From: Hypanus sabinus
Lineage: Eukaryota
NCBI RefSeq assembly: GCF_030144855.1
Contig: NC_082730.1
Coordinates: 13,206,001-13,270,000 of the forward strand
Reading direction: 5' to 3'
DNA: 64,000 nucleotides
Of this stretch, positions 37,914-49,900 are shown one piece after another (the first letter of the stretch is position 1; each line of letters starts with the position of its first letter). The translations under genes and the position numbers were made by a program. The notes under the pieces are model-generated. The model saw nothing but the letters and a program-made list of their open reading frames with translations, made no database searches and was not told the origin of the DNA.

Positions 37914-40900
37914 CTGCAGAATATGACAAAGACATTGACAGATCAAGTCTGATGGGCACATTCACACTTTCTCCTTCTCCAGTATTGCCCTCTGTTTTCT
38001 TGATCTGATAAGTACAAATATGATGTAGACATGAACACATGTGCCTCTCACTCAATATCAGCAAGATCAAAGATATTATTATTGACTTCAGTAGAGGAAA
38101 ACTGGAGGTCCATGAGCTCGTCCTCATCAGGGGTGTTACAAATTTCTTGTTACAATTTCAAAGGATCTGTGCCATTACAAAGTAAGTATGGCAGCACCTT
38201 TACTTTCTTAGATGTTTGTGAAGGTTTACATGTCATTTAAAACTTCACAAGGATGATTTTGGGAATGCAAGTGTTATACAAAGAACGTTTGATAGCTTTG
38301 GGCCTGTAGTAGCTGGAATTTAGAAGGGCGAGGGGGATCTGATTGAAACCTTTTGAATGTTGAAAGGCCTAGACAGAGTAGATGTGGAAAGGATATTTTG
38401 AATAGTGGGGAAGTCTCAGAAGAGAGGGCACAGGATAGAGGGGCGTGAATTTAAATCAAAGGTGGCATGTGACAAGTGAGACCAGTTGATCACCTTTTAC
38501 CTCTTCCACCTATCCCTTCCCAGACTGTAACTTCATTCCCCCTGTCTCTCACCACATCTGATTTCTCCTTCCCATCCCCTCTACCTTCTTATTCTGTCTT
38601 CTTCCTCTTTCCTTTACAATCCTGATGATGGTTCTTGCTCAATAAAGTCAACTGTATATCCCCCCCCACCCCCCAAAGATTTTCAAAGACGAGGAAGTCT
38701 GCAGATGCTGGAAATTCAAGCAACACACACTAAATGCTGGTGGAACGCAGCAGGCCAGGCAGCATCTATCGGAAGAAGCACTGTCGACATTTCGGGCTGA
38801 GACCCTTCATTAGGACTAACTGAAAGAAGAGATAGTAAGAGATTTGAAAGTAGGAGGGGGAGGGGAAATCCGAAATGATAGGGGAAGACAGAAGGGGGTG
38901 CAGTGAAGCTAAGAGCTGGAAAGGTGATTGGCAAAATGGATTCAGAGCTGGAGAAGGGAAAGGATTATGGGATGGGAGGCCTAGGGAGAAAGAAAGAGGG
39001 AGGGGAGCAGCAGAGGGAGATGGAGAACAGGCAAAGTGTGATGGGCAGAGAGAGAGAAAAAAAGGGGGGGAAATAAATAAATCAGGGATGGGGTAATAAG
39101 GGGAGGAGGGGCATTAACAGAAATGAGAGAAATCAATGTTGAAAGGTGAAAAGTTTAAGGAGAGATATTGTCTTTATGTTGGTTCTTTTTCTGCAGCCTC
39201 CCCAGTGGTCCACTGGGTCGATAGCTGTGAAATCACTGGTCACCTATATTATGGAGCTATAGCTGTCCTGGGGATACTGAGACCTGTCACGCTGGTTCCA
39301 CAGTAGAATTTACACAATGCTGACAAAATCCCATTCAGGTTCTAATTATCCCGTTCAATATGGGACTCTCGGCATCTCTTGAAGCACTGAAATACGTGGA
39401 AACTTCAAGTTCTGGACCCTGAATCACCCCTGACATTAACTCTTATTCCTCTGGTGGCCGTACCTCTGTGGCTCAGATCCTGATCTGTTGGAATTCCTTC
39501 TCTACAGCTCTCTGGCCCTCTCTTTCATTCTCACTCAAAAGGCTTGTTAAATCCCACCAATTGCTGAGGTTTTGGTCACATGTACCTTCTGTCTCTACAT
39601 GTGACTCAATTTCAAATGTTAGACAATGCTGCTGTGCATGGCCTTTGGCCCTATCAATCAACTTGAAGCTGCTGTGGAAGTGAAATTTGTTGTTGTTTTA
39701 TTACAATAGATTGCTCAATAGACTTTATAAAATCTAACTGTTTGTATTCACTTCCAGATTATTTTAACTAACATAATTTGGAATAGTTGTGCTGGGTTTT
39801 TAAGCAGTATTTCATACATTAAAATGCAAAATATTGCATAATTTTGAGAGCAATTTACAAGTTTAATCAAAACATACACAGAATGCTGGAGGAACTCAGC
39901 AGGTCAGGCAGCATCTAGGGAGAGGAATAAAGAGTTGACATGTCTGGCTGATACTCTTCATTGGTCTCAACCTGAAATGTTGAATCTTTATTCCTCTCCG
40001 TAGATGCTGCCTGACTTGCTGAGTTCCTCCAGCATTTTCTGTGTGTTACTCTGCATTTGCACCATCTGAAGAATCTCTTGTGGTCAAGTCAAAATACTAT
40101 TGGATGCTTGGGTGAATTTTGGAATCTTTTGTAGGGTCTGCAACAGTTGTACTGATTCACCTGTGAATTTACAACAGGCAGTAGATGCTGGAAGCTGGAG
40201 CAATAAGCTGTTTACTGGAGGCACACAGTGGGTTCAGCTGCATTTGTGGTGTGGAAAGATGCCGTCGACATTTCATGTTGAGACGTTGCACAAGGACCGA
40301 TCTGTCTGGGTTGTGGGTTCTGCTTCGTAACAGCCTGTCTTGAAAAATAGAAAATCCAATGTTAGGAATTGAGTGGTAAGAGGAAGCAGCAAAGATGATG
40401 ATATTTCTCTCCAGAAAACACCGGTGATAGTTTTTTATGTGGGTGCTGGAATAGTGCAGCAGGGACTCCACAGTGGTGGGTGTTGGTGCTGAGAGTGTTA
40501 GATAGGATTAGATCTTTCTGTATTTGTCTGGGGGAAACTGTCAATGTCCATGACTGTAGACTAATGGTATAGTGGGTATTGACTGAGCTGGAAGTAGGGC
40601 ACAGGGGTGGAGGATTGTGATTGGTTGCTTCAGTAATTGAAAGTGAGGTTCCACCAGGAATTAAAGATTTCCTTTATTTGACACACGTTCATCAAAACAT
40701 TAAAAACATACAGAGAAATATGTGATTTGCAGCAGTGAACAAGACAGTCCAAGGATTGTGCTGTGGGCACTCCACGAGTGTCATGATTCTGGAACCAAAG
40801 TAGCATCCACGCTCCTCACTAAATCTGACACGTGGGAGAAAACAGTTATGTCTTGTAACACTGAAACATAAAAACATTTGAAAGGAAACTCAGAAGTTTT

Positions 40901-43900
40901 TGCATTAAGTGAGGCATTCAGTCATGACCTGGTGGTGTGTTGATGTACGCCATTCATGTACTTTTATATATAACCTGAATATCAATTACTTAATGAAACA
41001 AGAAATGCTTAATCAAACATATATTTACAATATTACTCAAATATTACTGAAATATTAAATACACAACACTCCTCCCTGCTTAGCTACAAACTCCAACTCG
41101 ATATGGAGTGAACCTCAACATACACATATATATATATATATATACTGTATATTTACTTACTGCCGCTGGCACTTAGGGCTCTCCGGGTCATTGAGGCTTG
41201 CAAGCCTCCTAACTCTGACTACTATAGAAACATCCACAGCTTGTCATGGGAGATTTTAACATGCAAGTCGATTGGGAAAATCAGGTTGGTAATGGATCTC
41301 AAGAGAGTGAGAGAATTATGAAAGCAAGCTGGAAACTATTATCAGAGAAGATACTAAAAGCTTTTTTATGTATATAAAGGGTAAAAAGAGCGACGAGGGT
41401 AGATATAGGAGCAATACAAAATGAAGCTGGAGATATTGTAATGAGAGATGTAGAGATGGCAGAGGAACTGAATGCATATTTTGCATCAGTCTTCAGAGTG
41501 GAAGAGGTCTGCAGTATAATGAACATTCAAGAGTGTCAGGGAAGTGAAGTTTGTGCAATGAAAAATACGATTGAGAAGGTGCTCAGCAAGCTTAATGGTC
41601 TGAAGGTGGATAAATCTCCTGGAGCTGATGGAATGCACCCTTAGGTTCTGAAGGAAGTAGCTGAAGAGATTGCAGAGGCATTAACGGTGATCTTTCAAGA
41701 ATCAATAGACTCTGGCATTGTACCGGATAATTGGAAAATTGCAAATATTACTCCACTATTTAAGAAGGGTGAGAGGCAGCAGAAAGGAAACTATAGACCT
41801 GTCAGCCTGACATCAGTGGTTAGGAAGTTGTTGGAATCAATTGTTAGGGATGAGATAACAGAGTACCTGCAGGCACATGACAAGAAGTGCCAAAGCCAGC
41901 ATGGTTTCCTGAAAGGAAAATGCTGCCTGACAAACCAACTGCAATTCTTTGAGGAAATTACAAATAGGGTAGACAATGGAGATGTAGTAGACGTGGTGTA
42001 CTTGGATTTTCAGAAGGTGTTTGGCAAGATGCTGCACATGAGGCTGCTTATTAAGATAAGAGCCCATGGAATTACAGGGAAGTTACTAGCATGAGTGGAG
42101 AGTCGGCAGAAAAGAGAGAGGGAATAAAGGGATCCTATTCTGGCTGGCTGCCAGTTTGCCAGTGGAGTTTCATAAGGTCACTGTTTGGATCACTGCTTTT
42201 TATGATGTATGTCAATGATTTGGACTATGGGATTAATAGATTTGTGATTAAATTTGCCGATGATACTAAGGTAGGTGGAGGAGTGGGTATTTTGAGGAAA
42301 CAGAAGACTTAGATAGTTTAGGGGAATGGGCAAAGAAGTGGCAAATGAAATACAATGTTGGAAAGTGTATGGTCATGGACTTCGGTGGAAGAAATAAATA
42401 GGCAGATTATTATTTAGATGGGGAGAAAATTCAAATTGCAGAGATGCAAAGGGTCTTGGGAGTTCTTGTGCAGGATACCCTAAAGGTTAACCTCCACGTT
42501 GTGTCAGTTGTGAAGAAGGCCAATGTAATGTTGGCATTCATTTCTAGAGGTATAGAATATAAGAGCAGAGATGTGATGTTGAGGCTCTGTAAGGCACTCG
42601 TGAGACCACATGGAGTACTGTGTGCAGTTTTGGGCTCCTTATTTTAAAAAGGTTATACTAACAATGGAGAGGGTTTAGAGAAGATTTACAAGAATGATTC
42701 CAGGAATGAAAGATTTACTGTATGAGGAATGTCGGACTGCTCTTGGGCTGTATTCCCTGCTGTTCAGGAGAATGAGGGCGGATCTCAATGAGGCATTCCA
42801 GATGTTGAAAGGCCTGAACAGATTAGATATGGCAATGTTATTTCCCATGGTAGGGGATTCTAGGACAAGAGAGCACGACTTCAAGATTGAAGGAGATCTG
42901 GAGAAATTACTTTAGTCAGAGGATGGTAAATCTGTGGAATTTGCCACTGTTGCCACGAGTGGCTGTGGAGGACAAGTCATTGAGTGTATTTAAGGCAGAG
43001 ATAGATAGGTTCTTGATTAGCCAGGGTATCGTAGAGTATAGGGTGAAGGCAGGGGAGTGGGGACGACTGGATGAATTGGATCAGCTCAGATTGAATGGCA
43101 GAGCAGACTCAATGGGCTGAATGACTTACTTCTGCCCCTATATCGTATGGTCTTATGGTTTCCTTCAGGGAAATCCTGTCTGACAACCCTGTTGGAATTC
43201 TTTGATGAGATTACAAGTAGGATAGACAAACGGAATGCAGTAGATATTGTACATTTGGACTTTCAGCAAGCCTTTGACAGGGTGCCACACATGAGGCTAC
43301 TTACCAAGTTAAGAACCTGTGGTATTACCAGAAAGTTACAAACATGGTTAGAATATTGGCTGATCGGTGGGAGACAGCAAGTGAGAATAAAAGGATCCTT
43401 TTCTGGTTGGCTGTCAGTGACTAGTGGTGTTCTGCAGGGGTTGGTGTTGGGACCACTTCTTTTTATGTTGTATATAAATGATTTAGATGATGGAATAGAT
43501 GGCTTTGTTGCCAAGTTTGCAGATGATACGAAGATTGGTGGAGGGGCAGGTAGTGTTGAAGAAACAGGTTGGATGCAGAAGGACAGACAGATTAGGAGAA
43601 TGGGCAAGAAATGAAATACAATGTTGAGAACTGCATAGTAGTTGAAATAAATGTGAGGACTATTTTCTAAGTGGAGAGAAAATCCAAAACTCTGGCAAGC
43701 AAAGGGACTTGGGAGTCCTTGTGCAGAACCCCCTCAAGGTTAACTTGCAGGTCGAATTTGTGGTGAGGAAGGCAAATGCCATGTTAATATTCATTTCAAG
43801 AAGTCTGGAATACAAGAGCGGGGATGTGATGCTGAAGCTTTATAAGGCACCGGTGAGGCCTCACCTTGAGAATTGTGAACAGTTTTGTGCCCCTCATCTT

Positions 43901-46900
43901 AGAAAAGATGTGCTGGCATTGGAGAAGGTCCAGAGGAGATTCACAAGGATGATTCCAGGAATGGAAGGATTATCATATAAGGAACGTTTGATTTCTCTGG
44001 GACTGTACTCACTGGAATTCAGAGGGATGAGGGGGGAATCTCACTGAAATCTTTTGAATGTTGAAAAGCCTAGACAGAGGAGATGTGGAAGGGATGTTTC
44101 CCATGGTGGGAGATTCTAGGACAAGAGAGCACAGCCTCTGGATAGAGGCACACCCTTTCAAAACAGAGATGTGGAAAAATTTCTTTAGCCAAAGAGAGGT
44201 GAATTTGTGTTATTTGTTGTCACATGCAGCTGTGCAGGCCAGATCGTTGGGTGTATTTAAGGCAGAGATTGATAGAATCTTGATTGGACATGGAATCAAA
44301 GGTTATTGGGAGAAGGCCGGGAACTAGAGTTGAGGAGGGGAATGAAAAGGATCAGCCATGATTGAGTGGCTGAGTAGGCTCGATGGGCCAGATGGCCTAA
44401 TTCTGCTGCTATGTCTTATGGTTTTATCTATAATGTGTAAATATATCTATAATGTGTAAAGTATATCTATAATGTATAATTTTTATCTATAATGTATAAT
44501 TGCAAGAGAATGTTACCTTAAATTCTGTATTATATTCTAATGTGTGTCCTCTGAACGATACTTACAGCCACATTTTGGCCATTTATCCACTTGTTTCTCT
44601 GTTATTTCACTCATCTCATTGGTTTTCAGTTACAGACACTAATGAGAGATTTTGAATGAATTAACCTGGACTAAACTTGGGCTTCCACTTTTATTTGTGA
44701 ATCACATGACATGGAAGTGAAGAGATTGGAAAAAAAATATACCTTTGAAAAGCTGTCATGTAATGTATCGAAACAGTGCAAAGAAACAGAGCTCCAAGGA
44801 GTATCCAACGGATCGGAGTCCAAACTTCGTGAATTATCAACTCATAGTTCCTAACGGTTCAAGGAGATATCATTAGTCACAGACAAAGTAATCAGTACAT
44901 GACACCGAGAAATACATTTTATCTAAGTGCACATTATCAGTGACACCGAGAAATGCATATTATTAAATGCAATTCATCGAAATGCATTTTATCAGCAAGT
45001 GGCATTGCATTTTATTGAAACAATTGAAAGAACCAGACCTCTGAAGAGTACTCATTGGATCACAGTCGATATATGGTGAATTTTCAGCTCATGGTCACTG
45101 ATGTACAAAGAACAACACACAAAGAATTAACAACACACAAAGAATTCAGTAACAGACACTAGGAAATGCCATTACACATGAAATTATCATTCAATGTGAT
45201 GTAGTTTTGTAGCGTGGAATATAGTTCAGTCTAATAGTAGAGTGCTGATTCTCCAAGTTATGCTCACGTCTTGGCACAGGCAGCAATCCAGAGATTACTA
45301 CCCTGGAGGTCCTGCTTTTCACCTGTCTACCTAACTCCCTAAATTCTGTCTTCAGGACCTCCTCCCTGTTCCTCCCTATGTCATTTGTACCACAACTTCC
45401 CCATTTAGAATATTGTGGGTCTGATCCGAGTCGTCCCTGACCCTGGCAACTGGAAGGCACAATCCATCTGGGTGTCCTTTTTATGTCTGCGGAATCTCCT
45501 GTGTGCTCCTCTGTCTATGGAATTCCCTATCACTACTACACTCCTCTCCTTTACATTTGACCTACCAAGGTGCAACACTTCACAGTTGGCCCGGTTAAAC
45601 TCCATCTGCCAGTTGCCCGCTCATATCTGCAACTGAAAGCATTCATGGACTTCCGGCTTCTTCCTGCTACAGATGATAATCAGCTCTTTGGTTTTCTGTA
45701 GCCCTGGCATCACTTAACCAGACTTTCATTCACACTTCTGCGAGCCAATTGGTCATCACTTTTGATCTGGCCAACATCCAGCTGTGAATTCTGTAAGCTT
45801 ATAAATGGTAGTGGAGCTGTACTTAGCCTCACTCTCATAAGTATAAAGTGAGTAGAGCTGGGGATAAGCATCCTCAGACAAGGGGAAATCTACAAGAGTT
45901 GATCAACCTTCCACCAACTTGCAGGACTTCGGGATGTGGGAAGCAACCGGAGCACATAGGGTGAAGACAAGGAAGACTCCACACAGAAAGCACCGGAGAT
46001 CAGGAGTAGATCCAGGTTAGTGGAGCTGTCAGTCCACAACTGTACGAGCTGCTCCATTGTGCTGCTCCCAGCACCTGGAGTCCTGTGGCATAATTGTGAT
46101 GGTGTGAAGGAATCTTAGTCTGCATGGGCCATTTGAGTTGAAGGGCAGGTTTCCTTGTCATATTAACCTCTGATACTATGATATCCCCAACTGAGACATT
46201 ATTTTCATCCAACCTCTATGCTGATCAAATTAAATGAAATATATGATGTCGATTAATGATACTTGCATCACAGCAGAATTATCAAACTGTGATCTTAATC
46301 AGACAACAGTTATTAATTTGAAGATGACAGTTGAAATCTCACCTTTTGCTGTCAGTAGAATCTTCTGGTGTTTTTATCGTTGCTGGGGAGAGATGTTAAA
46401 ATAGACACATTAACCCAATTTATAAACAATTACAGCACAAAATAACTTCAATTTTTGTCAGCCTATGGGTTGGGCATTGTGGTGGAGCAGCAGAACATTC
46501 AGATCTATTTACGGCATGTGCCGTGCATCGAAACAGACGGTGAATTGCATCGTTTGCGGTAACAAGCAGCACACCACAGGATAGGCTGAGAGCCAGGCCA
46601 CAGGGGTTGCCACACATTCTTGCTCTAATACATCACGCCCACAATGTTCAGCAGAACAACACAGGACATAACAAGCAAACAAGCAGCTCATAAAGCAAGT
46701 CAGAAACACACAACATCAACAGTAATATTATTTTGTGCCGGAGCAGTGTGAAACTCTGAATCACTTATTATTTCTGCTTCTTCGCTCCTTAAGTCAACTT
46801 ATTGAGTTCAGGAAGCAGACTGTGATACAACACGGAGACAGACACCTCGGCACACAGTCTGGTCCTATTTAATTCTCTCTCACTTTTCCATCAATTCACT

Positions 46901-49900
46901 TCAAATTCTTACAAGGGGAATTTTACAAGAGCCAATTAACCTTCCACCTACTCCTATGTGTTTGGGATACTGGAGCAATTGGAGGAAATAAGGTGAAGGC
47001 AAGGAAAGCTCCACACAGAAAGCAACAGAGATCAGGATTAAATCCAGGTTGATGGAACTGTGAGTTCACAGTTTATGAGTTGCACCATAACAGGTTCTGA
47101 GCATATACTACCAGGCTCTAGGACAGCATTTATTCTGCTATTATCAAACTCTTAAGTGGACCTCGTGTATACTAAATAATGAACTCTTGATCTCTCAGTC
47201 CACCTCATCATGGCCCTTGTAATCTATCCTGACTGCATTTTCTCTGTGATTAACACTACTCTGTTTTCTTTTACAACCTTGACGTGCTTACGTCTGGAAT
47301 GATCTGCCTGGATGGTGCATAAACAATGTTTTTCACTGTCTCGATACATGTGACAATAATAAACCAATAATGTTAATAAACCAATATCAATCTCAAGAGT
47401 CAAAGATGCAAAGATCAATAAAAAGACCAAAAAGATTCTGCAGGCACTGGAAGTATTTAGTAATGCACACAATATGGTTGAGGATCTTGGCAGATCCCTC
47501 CATGGAGGGAAATAAACAGTTGATGTTTCATGCTAATACCCTTCACCCGTCCCAATGAGGCATCTTGTCTGGAAACGTTGACATTTATTCCTGTCCATAG
47601 CTGCTGCCTGACCTGCTGAGTTCCTTCAGCATTTTGTGTGTGAAGATGAGGAAGAAGATAGAGCTCAACCTAAAAGTGGTGAGCAGTCTGGACACAAAAT
47701 AGGGAAAACTGTGAAATATGAGGAGAAGGAAGATGCATAGAAATAGAATGGAGGAAGATATAAGACTGTGAGACAATAGGAACACAATTATGCCATTTGC
47801 TCCATCAAGTCTTCTCCACCACGCTATCACGATTATTACCCTTCCCAACCCCATACTCCTGCTTTCTCCCCATAACCTTTGACAACCAAGAACCTCCACT
47901 TTAAATATATCCAATGATTTGGCCTCCATTGTCTTCTGAAACAAAGTATTCCAACTGGCTAAAGAAATTCCTCCTCATCGCTATTCCAAAGGGAAGTCCC
48001 TTTATGGAGTAGAAAGCCTGTAAAGACTGAAGATTTGCATGTTTGTAAGCACTAAACCACAGAAATTTTAGGTTGATTCGTACCTTCAAAAATCTCCAGG
48101 ATTTTAATCTGCACAATCTCAAAGTAAACCGTGCGTGTTACCCCACACCAGTACTCTCCTTTATCTCCTTCGTTGGTCTGCTTTATGGTGACAGCAAAAT
48201 CAGTGGAATTGTTTACGATGATTGTTAGGTTTCTGCTGCTGTATTCAGAGCTAGCTATCACACTGCACCTATTCACAGAGGTTACTTTACACAGGAAATT
48301 CTCATATGATTTAAATTGCTGCTCATAGTGGCAGTGTAGGCTGGTGGCAGTTTGCATCACACCCTTCACCGTGGTATTGTCTGCTGTCCATGAACCTGCT
48401 GGTAAATGAGAAAAGGAAGAAATGAGAGGTCTACAGTATTGGGAATCGTGCTTCAGTGCTGCATTTAGCTGGGGCTGTGTGAAAGGACTACTGACCATGA
48501 ATGGGAGGGAGCCCAGCAGAATAGGCCTTGCCAAGTCTAAGAGATAATACAAGAAGTTACGAAGGCTAAAGGAAAGCATGAAATTGCTGTAGCAGACAAG
48601 CTGAAGGAGAGTCTCAAGGGAATCTACAGGTATGCTGAGATCAAAAGAATTGCAAGGGACAAAATTGGTCCTCTGGAAGACCAGAATGTTAATCCATGTG
48701 TGGAGTCAAAACAGATGGGGGAGATTTTAAATGCATTCTTTGCACCTGTATATTCTTGCGAGACAGATACAGAGTTTATAGATGCGAGGCAAAGCAGTAT
48801 CAACTTCATAGACCCCGTACAGATTACAGAGGAGGAGGTGTTTGCTACTCTTTGGCAAATCAGGGTGGATAATTCTCCACAGCCTGACAGAGTGTTCCCT
48901 CGGAGCCTGTGGGAGGGAAATGCAGAAATTGCCAGGGCCCCAGCAGAGATATTCAAAACATCTTTAGTGCCAGGATAGTTACAATAGGATTGAGGGATAG
49001 CCGATGTTGTTCCACTATTTAAAAAAGACTTTAAACAGAAACCGGGAAATTATAGGCCGGTGAGCCTGATGTCAGTTGTGGCGAAGTTATTGGGAGGTAT
49101 TCTCAGAGACCAGATATATAAGTATTTGTAGAGACATGGACTGGTTAATGATAGTCAGCATGGCTTAGTGCGTGGTAGATCATGTCTAACCAATCTTACA
49201 GAATTTTTTGAGGAAGATAGCAGGAATTTGGATGAAGGCAAGTCAGTAGATGTTATCTACATGGACTTTAGTAAGGCATTTGTTAAGGTCCTGCATGGGT
49301 AGCTGGTGAAGAAGGTCCAGTTGCTTGGCATGCTGGGATTGCCCTAGAATGGTAGGGCACTGTGGAGTGTGGTAGACAAAGTGATCTGGGAATACAAGTT
49401 CATAATTCATTGAAAGTTGTGTCACAGTTAGATAGGATTGTAAAGAAAGCTTTTGACACTTTGCCCTTCAGGAATCAAAGTACTGAGTCCCCAACATGGG
49501 ATGTTGTGTTAAAGATGTATAAGATATTGGTGAGGCCGAATTTGGAGTATTGTGTGCAGTTTTGGTCCTCTACCTGCAGGAAAGTTATAAATAAGGTTGA
49601 AAGAGTGCAGAGAAAATTTACAAGGATCTTGCTGGGTCTGGAGGACCTGAGTTATAAGGGAAGATTGAATAGGTTAGCCTTGTATTTTTTAAGAATGTAG
49701 AAGATTAAGAGGAGATTTGAAAGGGGTACAGAAAATTAGGAGGGGTATAGATAGGGTAAATGCAAGTAAGCTTGTTCCACTGAGGTTGTGTGGGACTACA
49801 ACCAGGGGTTAAGAGTGAAAGGTGAGAACTTTAAGGGACACATGAGGGGAATCTTCTTCACTCAGAGGGTCGTGAGAGTGTGGAATGAGCAGCCAGCACA

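Larger units (their letters stand above)
16494..45336. repeat. Tandem segmental duplication, unit 1 (~28.85 kb)
   Basis: Colinear identity with an offset of 28843-28855 is seen from 16494/45337 to 35145/64000, across exons and all TE fragments. Unit length is inferred from the offset; the partner of 35146-45336 lies outside the window. Confidence 0.9.

Noticed and set aside
41687-44047. RT-like ORFs of 112-155 aa as an active retroelement
   Set aside because: They are fragments of two decayed CR1 copies interrupted by stops and frameshifts; there is no full ORF2.
44700-45200. Unusual segment with short imperfect repeats (tgacaccgagaaat x2; aacaacacacaaagaatt x2) next to the duplication breakpoint
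   Set aside because: The repeats are too few and irregular to be an array (not CRISPR-like) and there is no ORF or terminal repeat I can support; unclassified.
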